A stretch of DNA of 64,000 nt from Nitrosopumilus sp. (GCA_965204345.1 OZ241981.1:544001-608000), one strand, 5' to 3'; shown: positions 1 to 11,917, counted from the first letter of the stretch. Made by a program: numbers and translations. Notes: generated by a model not told the origin, from the sequence alone.

Positions 1-3000
1 CATCAGTCATTTTGTTGAAGATTAGCCGAATTTCTTTATCGACCTTATCAAATGCATCCAAGAACGTTTGCCGCTTGTCTTTTTCGATATCTTCAATGAA
101 TTTAACAATGGAGTTTCGTTCTGCCTCAAGGGAGTTCTTTCGGCTGGACATTGAGCGGTATCCGTAGGATACCTCAAGATATGTTTCAGGAGCTTTTGCA
201 TTTAATGCATTAAGGGATGCTAGTTCTGCTGTCAGTCCGTGCACAATAGGTTCAACATCAAACGTTTCCATGTTTTTATCAAAGCCAAACGCAGACAAAA
301 CATGTTGTAGTTTTGTTTCATTTTCAATCAAATCATGCAGATCACGGTTAAGGGAATCAGTCTGACGCTCAATACTGTTGATCTGCTTTGTTAGTTCCCT
401 GTCTTGGTCAGATAGGACTTTGAGTTTATCATCAAATTCTTGAAGATGTTCAATAGAAGAGCCGGAGGTAGAAATCAATTCCTGCTCTTTTTCACGCAGG
501 GATACAAGAACCTTGTTCTTGGATTCTTTTTGGGACTCTAATTCTTTGATTTTGGCATCATGTTCTTGAGATTCAAGATTTAGGGAATTGGCTTCACCAT
601 CAAGGCGGTTTGATTGCGACTTTTCCCTGTTGTATTGTGTCTGAAGGGTTGTTTGTTGGGAAGACTTGTCCCTGTATTCGTTTGTTAATGTAGTGTATAG
701 TTTTTCAATTTCGGATTTTTTTATATTGATTCTGGACAATTCGTTTGCAATTCGATCTTGCTCCCCGCCTGCATAATTTTCTTCAACAAGGACAATGCGC
801 TCCTGTAAAGACTCAACATGGGATTCGCTTGTACTAATTTCAGACCTTGTCATATCATTTCTGGAGGTCAAGGCAGAGATTCTCTTTGTTAGCTGCTCTT
901 TCATGCTATGGGCAGAGGCAATTCTTGATTTTAGATTAGAATAGTTTTCAGTAGTAGAAGATAGGGACTTTTCAGATATTGAAAGCCGTTCATCATAGGA
1001 TTGAATAGAATCCTCCAGTTTTTTCAGAGAATATTTTTTCTTTAGCATGTATTTTTTAACAATGCCAATGGACTGAAACAATCCGTCAATGTCACTGCTC
1101 ATGGAGATGAGTTTTGTAAGCTTGGAGATTTTTGAATTAATGTCAATTACAACCGTACCGCCCCTTGCCTCAAAGAACTCGCCATCTAGAGTCACTGATT
1201 TGTATCCTAGTTGAGACACGGCATGGGCAGACTTTCTAGTGTCAGTCAGGACAATATTGCCAAAGAGGAATGTCTTAAGGGAAGAGTAGGCAGGATCGCA
1301 TTTAACATAGTTTGAAAGCGAGCCTAAAACCCCGGATTCCTTAGGCAGCGAAAGCTTGAATTTGGGAATTGCATCAAGTGGAATTATTTTGAGCTTTGGA
1401 AGTTTTTTGCTTCTTGCAACTTCGGCAATTCCAAGCAGGGTTGCAAAATCTTTTACGACGATTGCCTTGATCCAATCAGAGCTTACTGCCAATACAGAGC
1501 GTTCGTACTTTTTATCCCAGGATATCATTTCATAAACCAGTCCCTCAATACCAAGCTTATCGGCGTCCTCTTTGAGCTTGGCAACAGTGTAATCCTCATG
1601 CATGAATCCCTTTACGGTTTTTATTTTAGATTCGTACTGATTTGCAGCCTTGCTAGATTTTTCCAAAATCAAGCCAAGCTCGTCCATGTCATTGTGTATT
1701 TTGGCTTTTCTTGTGTGGAGCTTCTTGATTCGAGACTTTAATTCGGTAATTGTTGCATTGTGGTTCTTTGACATGGACTCAAGCTGGGTTTGATACCCAG
1801 TTAATTTTTGAATGTCGTTTTCCAGCTCAGAAAACTTTGCAGTGTTTGTATCAATCTTGCTTTCGAATTCACTTTTTTCATGTTGAACTTTAGAAAGTTT
1901 GAGCTTTGCATCATTGAGTTTGCCTGTAAGAGACCTTATCTTATTGTCAATTTCGGATTTTTTGGCGGCAGCTTTTGACTGTTCATCAAGTATTTTGTTT
2001 CTCTGCAAATCAATTATTTGCAAGTCATCATTGATTTTGTTTTTCTTTACGTTGGTTTCGTCAATGGATTCTTTGATTTTTAAGAGTTGTGCGTCTATGT
2101 CAACTCTGGCTTGACTGATGCCGCTGATTTCATTTTGAATTTCAGGAAGTCTGGAACGGATTTGTTCCAATCTCTTCTTTGATGCAGATATTGCACTGTT
2201 GTCTATTTCATACTGCTCCATTGCAGAACTAATTTCAGCATCAAGGGATGCCTTTACCTGACTGTAGTCATTTGCCTCTGCCATGAGCTTGTTTTTCTCA
2301 GTTTCCAGGGTGCCAATTTCTGTCCGCAAGGCAGTTCTTGCAGCATCAAATTCAGTAACTTTACTCATCAAGGTGTTCAAAGTTGCCTCTTTTGTGGCTT
2401 TTTGACTTGAAACGACCTTCATTTTGTTGGCAGCAGCAACTGCTTTGTAACGATTTAGCTCACGTTCCAGGAGATCATGGCGCAATTTTTGGTTGCGTTC
2501 TTCCTCTAATTCGTCTATTCTCTTTTTAATTTCGCCCATTTTTGCAAGAGCAACCTCTAACCGCCTGTCTGCCTCATCTAACTGTTTTACAGATTCAATT
2601 TTTTTATCATCAAAGTAAGAGAGTCCAATCAAATCCTCAATTGCCTTTCTTTTTTCCTCAGAAGTAAATTCGGAAATTCTAGTAACGGTGCCTTGCTGGA
2701 CTGCATTGAGCTGACCCAGACCGGCATTTGCCATATCAAGTAAATCAAGAATATGACCCCGGTTTGTTTTCTTTTTGTTTAGATAGTACGTATTCTCACC
2801 GTTACTGTCCATTTCTCTTGTGATCTCAACAATGTCTGAATCTACTGGGATTTTTCTATCAGTGTTATCAAAATGAACGCTGGATCTTGCCATTTTTGGC
2901 CCACGCCTACCCCCTTCAATATCATGAATTAAAGATCGCAACTTATCAACCCTCATGACTTTGGGCTTGTTCTCACCCATTGCAAAAATTATAGCATCCA

Positions 3001-3127
3001 AGATGTTGCTTTTGCCAGAGCCGTTAGGTCCAGAAATAGAAACCAGTCCGGGTTCAAACTGAACCGTGGTATTCTTAAATCCAAATGACTTGAAACCAAA
3101 GATCTCAACTTTTTTAACATGAACCAA
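1..3127 (-). CDS. smc: Chromosome segregation protein SMC (3' end runs off the window; absent from the ORF track)
   Basis: Manual translation from TTG at 3127 gives MVHVKKVEIFGFKSFG...GPNGSGKSNILDAI (Walker A), then a Q-loop (VQQG), coiled coil and a hinge-like segment (VTLDGE). At the left edge it reads DKEIRLIFNKMT, short of the C-terminal ABC motifs. Confidence 0.95.
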   Translation of the reverse strand, partial: MVHVKKVEIFGFKSFGFKNTTVQFEPGLVSISGPNGSGKSNILDAIIFAMGENKPKVMRVDKLRSLIHDIEGGRRGPKMARSSVHFDNTDRKIPVDSDIVEITREMDSNGENTYYLNKKKTNRGHILDLLDMANAGLGQLNAVQQGTVTRISEFTSEEKRKAIEDLIGLSYFDDKKIESVKQLDEADRRLEVALAKMGEIKKRIDELEEERNQKLRHDLLERELNRYKAVAAANKMKVVSSQKATKEATLNTLMSKVTEFDAARTALRTEIGTLETEKNKLMAEANDYSQVKASLDAEISSAMEQYEIDNSAISASKKRLEQIRSRLPEIQNEISGISQARVDIDAQLLKIKESIDETNVKKNKINDDLQIIDLQRNKILDEQSKAAAKKSEIDNKIRSLTGKLNDAKLKLSKVQHEKSEFESKIDTNTAKFSELENDIQKLTGYQTQLESMSKNHNATITELKSRIKKLHTRKAKIHNDMDELGLILEKSSKAANQYESKIKTVKGFMHEDYTVAKLKEDADKLGIEGLVYEMISWDKKYERSVLAVSSDWIKAIVVKDFATLLGIAEVARSKKLPKLKIIPLDAIPKFKLSLPKESGVLGSLSNYVKCDPAYSSLKTFLFGNIVLTDTRKSAHAVSQLGYKSVTLDGEFFEARGGTVVIDINSKISKLTKLISMSSDIDGLFQSIGIVKKYMLKKKYSLKKLEDSIQSYDERLSISEKSLSSTTENYSNLKSRIASAHSMKEQLTKRISALTSRNDMTRSEISTSESHVESLQERIVLVEENYAGGEQDRIANELSRINIKKSEIEKLYTTLTNEYRDKSSQQTTLQTQYNREKSQSNRLDGEANSLNLESQEHDAKIKELESQKESKNKVLVSLREKEQELISTSGSSIEHLQEFDDKLKVLSDQDRELTKQINSIERQTDSLNRDLHDLIENETKLQHVLSAFGFDKNMETFDVEPIVHGLTAELASLNALNAKAPETYLEVSYGYRSMSSRKNSLEAERNSIVKFIEDIEKDKRQTFLDAFDKVDKEIRLIFNKMTD

Positions 3128-3584
3128 TGATTTTATTTTCTCATTACGTAGGATAATCGATGTCTAACAAGTTTAGTTGACATAATTACATAATTTTTCT
3201 TATTGTGTTATGATATTTTTCGTAGCGGTAGCAGCAATAACTGAACTTTTTACGGATTGATCGCAGTTACGCCTGCCATGTTTGCTCAAAGGGAACTAGT
3301 TGATGATAAGGCCAGGATTAATACAAACCATATCACAAGGCACAAACCAGATAGGGATTTTGCAGGCTGTAAAAGTACTAGAAAAAGAAGGACTCTCAAT
3401 ATTGCTCCAAACGTAGAGAGTCAGAGACAAGGGTGAAATAGGTCATTGGATTTGGCTGAAAATAACAAGACAGTAACTGGCAAGGGTACAAAATTAAAAG
3501 GGGAAGTGCAAATACAAAAAATCAGTTTAAAGAAATGCAAAGGGTCAAAGGGGGAAATTCTTAAACCCTAGTAATTTTTAATGG

Positions 3585-4679
3585 CTAGTTGCCTGCAACA
3601 AACTTTTCGCATTCGGATTTTGCGTTAACATCAGATGTCTGTTCAATGGGATGTTTCATCAGATACGCACTTGCAGATTTGATCGGCCCGCCTATGCCCC
3701 TGTCAAGGGCAATTTTTGCCAATCTGATTGCATCAATTACAATTCCTGCAGAGTTTGCCTTATCATCAACTTCCAGACGAACTTCCATGTTGTAGGGGAT
3801 ATTTGCCCATTGGCGTCCCTCAATTCTCATAAACATGAGTTTGGTATTGCCCAGGAAGGGAATAAAATCAGAGGGACCAACATAGATTTGATCATCGTCT
3901 AGTCTTTCATTGAGTTGGCTCTGAACACTTTCAGTTTTGGAAATTTTCTTTGATACAAGCCTGTCTTGCTCTTTCATGTTTAGGAAATCAGTGTTGCCAC
4001 CTACGTTGATTTGGTATGTTTTTTCAATTTTGGTTCCCCTGTCGCTGCACAGCTTAGCCAAGGTCCTATGAACAATAGTTGCGCCAACCTGCCCCTTAAT
4101 GTCATCTCCAATGCAGGGAATGTTTTTTTCTGTAAACTTTTTTGCCCATGTTTGATCAGATGCAATAAATGAAGGAATGCAGTTTACAAATGCGATATCA
4201 GTGTCAAGGCAAATCTGAGCCCAGTATTCAGTTACTTTATCAGAGCCCACAGGCAGATAAGAGACAATAATTTCAACGCCGGTATCCCGTATTACTTGTT
4301 TCACTTCTTTTGTGATTTGCTCTACGGATTTTGGGTTGTCAATGGGCTTGATTCTGTTCTCTACCCACAATCCGACCCCATCTAAAATCGGACTCTCATA
4401 AATTTTAGCATCGTTTTTTGGCAATTCGTCTTTGGGAATCCAGTCAACCATGTTTGGAAATGCATAGATTGCTTCATGGAGGGGTTTTCCAACTTTATTC
4501 TCACCCACATCAAATCCACAGACAAAATCAATGTCATAAATGCCATATCCGGCCAATTTATCGTGAATGATTCCAATAACTTCCTGCTCAGGGTTTTGTC
4601 GATAATATTCAATGCCTTGAATTAAACCCGAAAAGCAATTGCCAATTCCCACTAGACCAACTTTGATTCTGCCTGCCAT
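3585..4679 (-). CDS. ino1: myo-inositol-1-phosphate synthase
   Basis: GIGNCFS Rossmann start; GDDIKGQVGATIVHR, NVGGNTDFLNM and DKANSAG motifs. Confidence 0.93.
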   Translation of the reverse strand: MAGRIKVGLVGIGNCFSGLIQGIEYYRQNPEQEVIGIIHDKLAGYGIYDIDFVCGFDVGENKVGKPLHEAIYAFPNMVDWIPKDELPKNDAKIYESPILDGVGLWVENRIKPIDNPKSVEQITKEVKQVIRDTGVEIIVSYLPVGSDKVTEYWAQICLDTDIAFVNCIPSFIASDQTWAKKFTEKNIPCIGDDIKGQVGATIVHRTLAKLCSDRGTKIEKTYQINVGGNTDFLNMKEQDRLVSKKISKTESVQSQLNERLDDDQIYVGPSDFIPFLGNTKLMFMRIEGRQWANIPYNMEVRLEVDDKANSAGIVIDAIRLAKIALDRGIGGPIKSASAYLMKHPIEQTSDVNAKSECEKFVAGN

Positions 4680-4781
4680 TCGAAATGTGATGTTATTGGG
4701 CGGGTTTAAAGTTTACGTAGATTTTGAAAAGAAATTCCATCATGAAGGCAGAATTTTATACTTGAGATCAAAAGTAAACAC

Positions 4782-5723
4782 ATGGTAGAATCAGGCCGTG
4801 TGGTAAAAGATATTGAAATTGATTCAAACACTTCAATAGAAAAAATTTTTGAAGAGTTGTCACAATCAGGAGGATTTGAATCTGTGAATCTATCAGACGG
4901 ATTGGGAATTTTAACAGACATGATTTTGGATAAAGAATGCTTACGGTTTGTCTCGTTTGTAGGCGCAGTTGTGTCTACGGGACTGAGGGGCATAATTAAA
5001 GACATGATCAAAAACAAGTGGTTTGATGTAGCAATTACAACGTGCGGGGCATTAGATCATGACATTGCAAGGCACTTTTCACATTATAAGGAGGGATCAT
5101 TTACCATGGACGATATGGAGCTGGCAAACCAAAATATTCATAGGTTGGGAAATGTACTAGTTCCAACGGACAGTTATGGCCCATTAATTGAGGAGAAGAT
5201 GCAATCATTTCTAGAAGAAGAATATCAAAAGGGAGTCAGAGAGATGAGTACAGCAGAACTATGCAAAATGATTGGAAGGCACCTAGGAGAAGATTCGTTT
5301 CTTTATTGGGCATACAAAAATGATGTTGACGTAATAGTGCCAGGCATAATGGATGGGGCAGTAGGCAGCCAGATTTGGTTATTTACACAAAAACATGGTG
5401 ATTTTAAACTAAACATGATAGGAGATGCCAATTTGCTATCAGGATTGATTTTCAAAGCTCAAAAATCAGGGGCGTTTATGATTGGGGGAGGAATTTCAAA
5501 ACACCATACACTATGGTGGAATCAATACAGGGAGGGACTGGATTATGCATTTTACATCACTACAGCACAAGAATTTGACGGCAGTCTTAGCGGAGCACTT
5601 GTCAGAGAGGCAATCTCATGGGGAAAAGTTACACAGGTAGCAAAGCAGTCAACATTACATGCAGAAGTAACAACAATACTTCCATTCATCTATGCCGCAC
5701 TAGTTTCAAAATTACGGAAATAG
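4782..5723 (+). CDS. dys: Deoxyhypusine synthase
   Basis: STGLRG, IHRLGNV, GGGISKHH and EFDGSLSGALVREAISWGK motifs. Confidence 0.95.
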   Translation: MVESGRVVKDIEIDSNTSIEKIFEELSQSGGFESVNLSDGLGILTDMILDKECLRFVSFVGAVVSTGLRGIIKDMIKNKWFDVAITTCGALDHDIARHFSHYKEGSFTMDDMELANQNIHRLGNVLVPTDSYGPLIEEKMQSFLEEEYQKGVREMSTAELCKMIGRHLGEDSFLYWAYKNDVDVIVPGIMDGAVGSQIWLFTQKHGDFKLNMIGDANLLSGLIFKAQKSGAFMIGGGISKHHTLWWNQYREGLDYAFYITTAQEFDGSLSGALVREAISWGKVTQVAKQSTLHAEVTTILPFIYAALVSKLRK

Positions 5724-5745
5724 AATTAGATAAAAAAGCTATTAT

Positions 5746-6483
5746 TTGATGAATGTTCAAAAAAATCAGTTGTCACCCAGAATTAGAATTAGAGAACTAA
5801 AGGAGTTAAATTTGGAGGAAGGTTTTCTCATAGACGGATTTCCTTCAGTAGGCCTTAGCAGTGCCATTGCAACAGAATCAATGATTCATACATCGCAATT
5901 TGAATTGGGGGGAACGATTGATTCAGATAAATTTCCCCCAATAAGCGTTGTTAAGAATGGAAAGCCAAACTTTCCAACAAGAATATTTGTCAATGAGGAA
6001 TTAAAAGTGGGTATTTTTTCATCGTATCTGTCTTTAGAAGAATCCTTCCATAGAGCTACGGCAAAAACAATGCTGTCATGGGCAAAAAAACATAAGATAA
6101 AATTAATTGTAAGTAGCGTAGCAGTAAAATCAACGGATTCCAATAAGGAAATCATGGGGATTGGAAGTACAGATAATGCAAGAAAAAAAATACGTGACGC
6201 AGGTCTGAAAATACTAGAGCATGGCATAGTTCCGGGAATTCCGGGAATTTTATTAAACGAGGGGAGTACATCGGATCAGGATGTAATTGTAATAATTTTT
6301 CATACAGATGGAGATGGTCCAGACTATAAATCCAGTGCAGAATTATGCATGATGATGTCAAAATTAATTCCGGGCGCATCGTGTGATATTCCATCATTAC
6401 AAAAGGAAGCTAAAAAGGCAGAGGGAGTGATTAGAGAAGCACAAGAAGAATCAAAACATCTCAAAGATTCAATGTATAGATAA
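5746..6483 (+). CDS. Proteasome assembly chaperone (PAC2 family)
   Basis: DGFPSVGLSSAIA, FPPISVVKNG and PDYKSSA motifs typical of archaeal PAC2. Confidence 0.8.
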   Translation: MMNVQKNQLSPRIRIRELKELNLEEGFLIDGFPSVGLSSAIATESMIHTSQFELGGTIDSDKFPPISVVKNGKPNFPTRIFVNEELKVGIFSSYLSLEESFHRATAKTMLSWAKKHKIKLIVSSVAVKSTDSNKEIMGIGSTDNARKKIRDAGLKILEHGIVPGIPGILLNEGSTSDQDVIVIIFHTDGDGPDYKSSAELCMMMSKLIPGASCDIPSLQKEAKKAEGVIREAQEESKHLKDSMYR

Positions 6484-6528
6484 AAAAACTCAATCAAGTT
6501 TATTTCATTAGAGAATAAATCAACAGCA

Positions 6529-7149
6529 ATGACTCAGATTGCGGAATTTGCCATCATGGTCATTATCATCTCAGCATCAGGAGTAATGGCACCAGGCCCA
6601 CTTTTTGCAGCTAATGTATCATATGGATTACGAGAAGGAGCAAGATCAGGAATAAAGATGGCAGTTGGTCACACAATTGTTGAATTTCCATTATTGGTTT
6701 TGTTAGGAATAGGGGTAATTTCCTTACAGGCATTTCCAGAATTTACGACAATAATTTCAATTCTAGGTGCAATTACATTATTTGTATTTGCAGCAATGCA
6801 AATCAGATCAACATTAGGGAAAAAATCAGGCAGTACTGCAAACCCAAAACAGGGGCCGCTAATTACAGGGATTTTACTTAGTGCATTAAATCCATTTTTT
6901 ATTGTATGGTGGTTAACCATAGGATTCAAATTAATTTCAGACGCGATGCTAATTTGGGCATTTGCAGGAATACTAATTGTATTTGTTTTACACATATGGA
7001 TGGATTTTGCCTGGTTAGGAGTAATTTCTTTTCTAGCAGGAAAAAGTTCACAAATTCTGTCAAACAGAAATTATAAGATAATAATGATAGGGCTAAGTTT
7101 AATGCTAGTTTACTTTGGAATTAAATTTTTATCAGAGATTGACATCTAA
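6529..7149 (+). CDS. LysE-family translocator
   Basis: SGVMAPGP and ALNPFFIVWW motifs; about 6 hydrophobic helices. Confidence 0.85.
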   Translation: MTQIAEFAIMVIIISASGVMAPGPLFAANVSYGLREGARSGIKMAVGHTIVEFPLLVLLGIGVISLQAFPEFTTIISILGAITLFVFAAMQIRSTLGKKSGSTANPKQGPLITGILLSALNPFFIVWWLTIGFKLISDAMLIWAFAGILIVFVLHIWMDFAWLGVISFLAGKSSQILSNRNYKIIMIGLSLMLVYFGIKFLSEIDI

Positions 7150-7365
7150 CCGCAATCTAAAATCTCCATAGGTGGTTTGCAGTCATAATTAAACAAGTCA
7201 ATTCTTTCAAGAATATTTTCACAAAACTCAGGATCTAATGATTTTTCATACATGCCAATATCATTAGAAAGTAAAAGGTATTCAAAATTGCAAGAAAAAT
7301 CAAAAAGACTGACAGCTATGGCCAGAAAAAGACATCCAATACAAAAATACATTAATTTTTTTAAT

Positions 7366-7385
<20 letters not shown>
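7146..7385 (-). CDS. Small hypothetical membrane/secreted protein (start uncertain)
   Basis: ORF with an N-terminal hydrophobic stretch and a Cys-containing tail; fills the gap between Alba and LysE. Confidence 0.5.
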
Positions 7386-8139
<754 letters not shown>

Positions 8140-8176
8140 TTTTAAATTCCTATTATAGCAAATTTCTCTCTCGCTT

Positions 8177-8428
8177 TTATTTAATTTTTTCAGGATTTCC
8201 TTTCAAATAGTCTTCAAATAATTTTTCAAGATCGTCATCATTATCACATTTTTCAATTTGATTGACTAGATCGGGTTCTTCAATTTCATAACAATTCAAA
8301 ACATCTTGAGAATCTTTGAAAATTAGCATGGCTTTATTTTTGAAGATGCAGTGATAGAGTTTTTCTTTTTCCATTTTTTCAGGCTTTAGATTTATGCCAT
8401 TTTCATCCACAGATACAGGATATACCAT
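8177..8428 (-). CDS. Hypothetical protein
   Basis: 83-aa ORF with ATG start, protein-like composition, co-oriented with Alba. Confidence 0.7.
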   Translation of the reverse strand: MVYPVSVDENGINLKPEKMEKEKLYHCIFKNKAMLIFKDSQDVLNCYEIEEPDLVNQIEKCDNDDDLEKLFEDYLKGNPEKIK

Positions 8429-8952
8429 AGGAATAATTTTAGGATGCTACAATTAACAATTATGGATGTTTTTACAGATCCATTTAGGTTCAAATATTTG
8501 ATCAGGTACAGCAATATAATATTTAATTTGAACAATTATTCATCAGAGATAAAGTTTCCAGGTGGATGCTTGCTTCTCAAAGGATGTTTAAGGAATCCTT
8601 TGCATGCTAGTTTAATTTTATAGCATTCATTTAGCATATTGAAAAAAGGTGATTCAACAGCAATTATGAAAATTCATCCATTCATAGCTACATCAGATCC
8701 ACATAAGCTTGTATGATGACACACCATATTCAAGGGCAGAAATTGGCATCAAGGGTGATAGTAAATGGATCATCATAATTCAAAACGTGTGGCAAATATC
8801 CGCAAGTTACCAAGGCCTTAAAAAAATAGAGTTTTTAATTCTAGAAAAATTATGTGATGATTTAATTTCTCAGACAACAAAAGGGAATTAGAAATAAAAT
8901 CAAAGCAGACATGCTCTGAAAATCAAGACATTAAGATAAATGCATGCAAAGA

Positions 8953-9603
8953 TTATAGTTTCAGGCCAAATATGGGATGACTTTTCTTTAGGACAACTAT
9001 AGGCAAATACGGAAAGCCGTGTTCAAACACATCAGTAAACTGTACAGGAATACCCTTGTGTCCGGAATATTTTATGAAAGGCTTGGTTGGCCTTTCATCT
9101 AGTTGAACATAATAAAAACAGTAAACTGTTTCAAGCAGATCAATTATAGACATGTAACCTACAACCCATTTTTTTCTTAGAGGAAAACACAGCAGAGTTA
9201 CCTTGGGTTCATCAGGCCATTCAGGATCATATGTTAGTCTGGCAAGACTTCCCAAGTCGTGTACCTTGGAGGATTTGAACTTGTCTGTGATTTTTTTATA
9301 AGATTGAACCGGAAAAGGCAGGGAATCCAAATGGACTATAGGAGCATGTTGAGATATAGACTTGATCGAATTTACAACTCTGGCAGTCTCCTTGCCATTT
9401 TTTGAATTATATTCGATGTAACGGCCATCTTGATAGCCGGTGTAAAATGCAAGAAGTGAATCAGACAAAACAAGCCTACAAGACAGCACCATGTTTCCGT
9501 GTAGTTTGTGGGCATATACTCTCAAAGGATGCTCCCTGAAAGCACAGACAAATCGAGCAAAATCTAAAAAGCCGTCTGTCTCTACAAAATGAATTTGAGT
9601 CAA
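8953..9603 (-). CDS. Hypothetical protein (possible internal duplication)
   Basis: 216-aa ORF; DFARFVC and SLARLTY plus two PIV(H/V)L motifs suggest two related halves. Confidence 0.75.
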   Translation of the reverse strand: MTQIHFVETDGFLDFARFVCAFREHPLRVYAHKLHGNMVLSCRLVLSDSLLAFYTGYQDGRYIEYNSKNGKETARVVNSIKSISQHAPIVHLDSLPFPVQSYKKITDKFKSSKVHDLGSLARLTYDPEWPDEPKVTLLCFPLRKKWVVGYMSIIDLLETVYCFYYVQLDERPTKPFIKYSGHKGIPVQFTDVFEHGFPYLPIVVLKKSHPIFGLKL

Positions 9604-9685
9604 TTCAACCAGCCTTTTATTTAAAAACTAATTAATGTTAGTCATAAAAAATTTGAAAAATAGGTCAGGATGGAACAAACCCAAA

Positions 9686-10000
9686 TCAGATAGAGGCGGT
9701 TCCACGCTGCTTGGTACACAAGTCTAATGCATCATCAACAGCAGTTACAAACACCTTGCCATCGCCTTTTGTTCCAGTACAAGCAACATTTGCAATCGAA
9801 TTTAAGACAGCATCAAGTTTAGTGTCATCTATGACACAGATTATCATTTCCCGACTATAATATTGTCCGACCAGCGGAGGATCTTCTGTGCCCTGTCCCT
9901 GGGCAGACTGAATCGTCACACCGCCAACGCCATTTTTCTTGATGGCTACAACAACAGCATCCCTTATTCCGGGATGAATTATCGCTTCAATTTTTTTCAT
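9686..10000 (-). CDS. P-II family signal transduction protein (divergent, short T-loop)
   Basis: MKKIEAIIHP start, GVGGVTI, and TGTKGDGKVFV B-loop. Confidence 0.9.
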   Translation of the reverse strand: MKKIEAIIHPGIRDAVVVAIKKNGVGGVTIQSAQGQGTEDPPLVGQYYSREMIICVIDDTKLDAVLNSIANVACTGTKGDGKVFVTAVDDALDLCTKQRGTASI

Positions 10001-10040
10001 AGATGGCGTTGAACTTTAATTTCTATAAAGCAGCATGCCT

Positions 10041-10058
10041 ATTCTCACAAATGAATAT
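10041..10058 (-). promoter_or_regulatory. Stress-cluster palindrome copy (ATATTCA-TTTG-TGAGAAT) upstream of P-II
   Basis: 11 nt upstream of a TTTATA box; one of 8 similar sites in 10-20 kb. Confidence 0.7.
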
Positions 10059-10159
10059 CAGATCAGATAATCATGCGACATTAAATTGATTTTTATAAAA
10101 AAATTATCATGACAGCCTCACAAAGTACTTTGGCATATTTAGAATTTTATATTGCTTGC

Positions 10160-11077
10160 CTAAATTAGATTTAGAGTTTTCTTAATCAGAGTCACCCTAT
10201 TCCTAATTGTGACATCACTAATCCCAGATTCTTTTGCAATCTTAGCCTGAGTTATTTTTTCATTATTTATTATACATGAGAGATACAACGATGCAGATGC
10301 TTGTGCGACAGGGTGCTTACCTGCAGTAATACGTGCATCCTCACAAGACTTTAGTATTTCAAAGGCATCTCGTTTTGTTTTTTCTTTCAAATCCATATTG
10401 TTTGAGATTTTTGAGATAAAGGAAGTGATATCATATTGGGTAAGATTTAACTCAAGCCTTTTGATTATAGTGCGTAAATCTCGAGAAAGAATTCTTCGTT
10501 CTATATTTCCAGCGTTTCCTATATCACTCAAAGTTCTTGGAATGTTATTTTCCCTACATGCAACATACAAAGAGGCAGAAATTAGGGATTTCATGGTTCT
10601 GCCTCTAGTCAGTTTTGCATTTACGGCTTTTCTGTAAATGTATGCTGCATTTTCAACCACATTATTTGGAATCCCCAGCTTTGTCTTCATTGCATGAAGC
10701 AGCGTGAATGCCTTACTCAAGCTAGCAGTTTCTCTGGATTTGCTTCGCTGATCCCAAGTTCGTAATCGGCGAAAGTCATATTTTGTCTTGCTAGATAGTG
10801 CCTTTCCGGTAGAATCTTTGTTTGTGCCAATTACAGTAGATAGCCCCCTGTCATTCATTGTTAATGATGTGGCAGGGCCTGTTCTTGTCAACTTTGCATA
10901 ATCTTCTTGGGTATAGCCATTATTTTCATGTGATGTGTCAATCATATTTTGCAATAAGATAAGACCGCATCCCCCACAAACAACTTCTCCCCGTTCAGAA
11001 TCTGTGATTGCAGGATAGGCTTTGCAAGCATCTAGTTGACACTCGACATCATAATCATTTGAATAATTCTCTATCAC
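10160..11077 (-). CDS. tfb: Transcription initiation factor IIB paralogue
   Basis: Zn ribbon (GEVVCGGCG), RTGP, GLSTVIG and two cyclin repeats (RGR; GKHP...SDVTIRNR). Confidence 0.95.
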   Translation of the reverse strand: MIENYSNDYDVECQLDACKAYPAITDSERGEVVCGGCGLILLQNMIDTSHENNGYTQEDYAKLTRTGPATSLTMNDRGLSTVIGTNKDSTGKALSSKTKYDFRRLRTWDQRSKSRETASLSKAFTLLHAMKTKLGIPNNVVENAAYIYRKAVNAKLTRGRTMKSLISASLYVACRENNIPRTLSDIGNAGNIERRILSRDLRTIIKRLELNLTQYDITSFISKISNNMDLKEKTKRDAFEILKSCEDARITAGKHPVAQASASLYLSCIINNEKITQAKIAKESGISDVTIRNRVTLIKKTLNLI

Positions 11078-11388
11078 TGTTAATTTGTACTAGTCATTAT
11101 AAAATAAAAATAACCTGATAGAGGTAATTTTATGATTAAAAATAAAAAATACATACAAAAAATTCCTATAGTTTCTTTTAGAAATTATTACATTTTATGT
11201 AAAAACATGCAGCATAATAAATGTTAAAATAAAAAAAATTTTTAAAATAAAAATAAAAAATATTTGTGGATTATTGCATCTGTTCCTTCTTTGAGTTTCT
11301 TCTCAATTATCGCATCGGTGTATCTGCCTTGCTGTGCATTACAACCACGGCATTTGCTACAAAACCATCATAGTGATTTTCCAATCCG

Positions 11389-11406
11389 ATATCCACCCAT
11401 GAGAAT
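11389..11406 (+). promoter_or_regulatory. Stress-cluster palindrome copy (ATATCCA-CCCA-TGAGAAT) upstream of Hsp20
   Basis: 11 nt upstream of TTCATAAA, which lies 29 nt before the ATG. Confidence 0.65.
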
Positions 11407-11446
11407 TTACACTTGATTTCATAAATATCCAAAGTCACTGCAAAAT

Positions 11447-11917
11447 ATGACAAAAAAACTCGTCAAAAAACAAGCATCACTGCCAGCAATGCCTAGTTTT
11501 TCTGAATTTGACAGGATTTTTGATGAGTTTAGAGAGGATATGGAAAAATCATTTTTTGCACTCTCCAGAACAGATTTTCCAAAATTTCCAGAAACGACAT
11601 GTGATGTAATTGACGAAGGCAAGCAACTCAGGGTAAAAATGAGTGTTCCAGGTGTTACAAAAAAAGAGGTAGCTTTGAGCGTAACTGATACTGCAATAGA
11701 CATTCGTGCAGAACACAAAGAAGAATCAGAAGAAAAGAAAAAGAATTTTCTTAGAAAAGAGAGAAGCAATGTATCATATAAAAGAATCCTGCCATTGCCT
11801 GACAAAATAATTCCTGCAAGAGTCAAATCAAAACTCACAGACGGAATATTGGAAATCATACTTCCAAAGGCAAAGCCGACAAAAATTCAGAAGAAAAGAA
11901 CAGTAAGAGTTCAGTAG
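11447..11917 (+). CDS. Small heat shock protein (Hsp20/alpha-crystallin)
   Basis: VPGVTKKEV, RKER...YKRILPLP, DGILEIILPK and C-terminal V-x-V. Confidence 0.93.
   Translation: MTKKLVKKQASLPAMPSFSEFDRIFDEFREDMEKSFFALSRTDFPKFPETTCDVIDEGKQLRVKMSVPGVTKKEVALSVTDTAIDIRAEHKEESEEKKKNFLRKERSNVSYKRILPLPDKIIPARVKSKLTDGILEIILPKAKPTKIQKKRTVRVQ

Noticed and set aside
1899-2114. 71-aa plus-strand ORF
   Set aside because: Antisense to the smc coiled coil.
8667-8891. MKIHPFIATSDPHKL followed by a 60-aa ORF in another frame
   Set aside because: Possible frameshifted remnant but no identifiable homology; not called.
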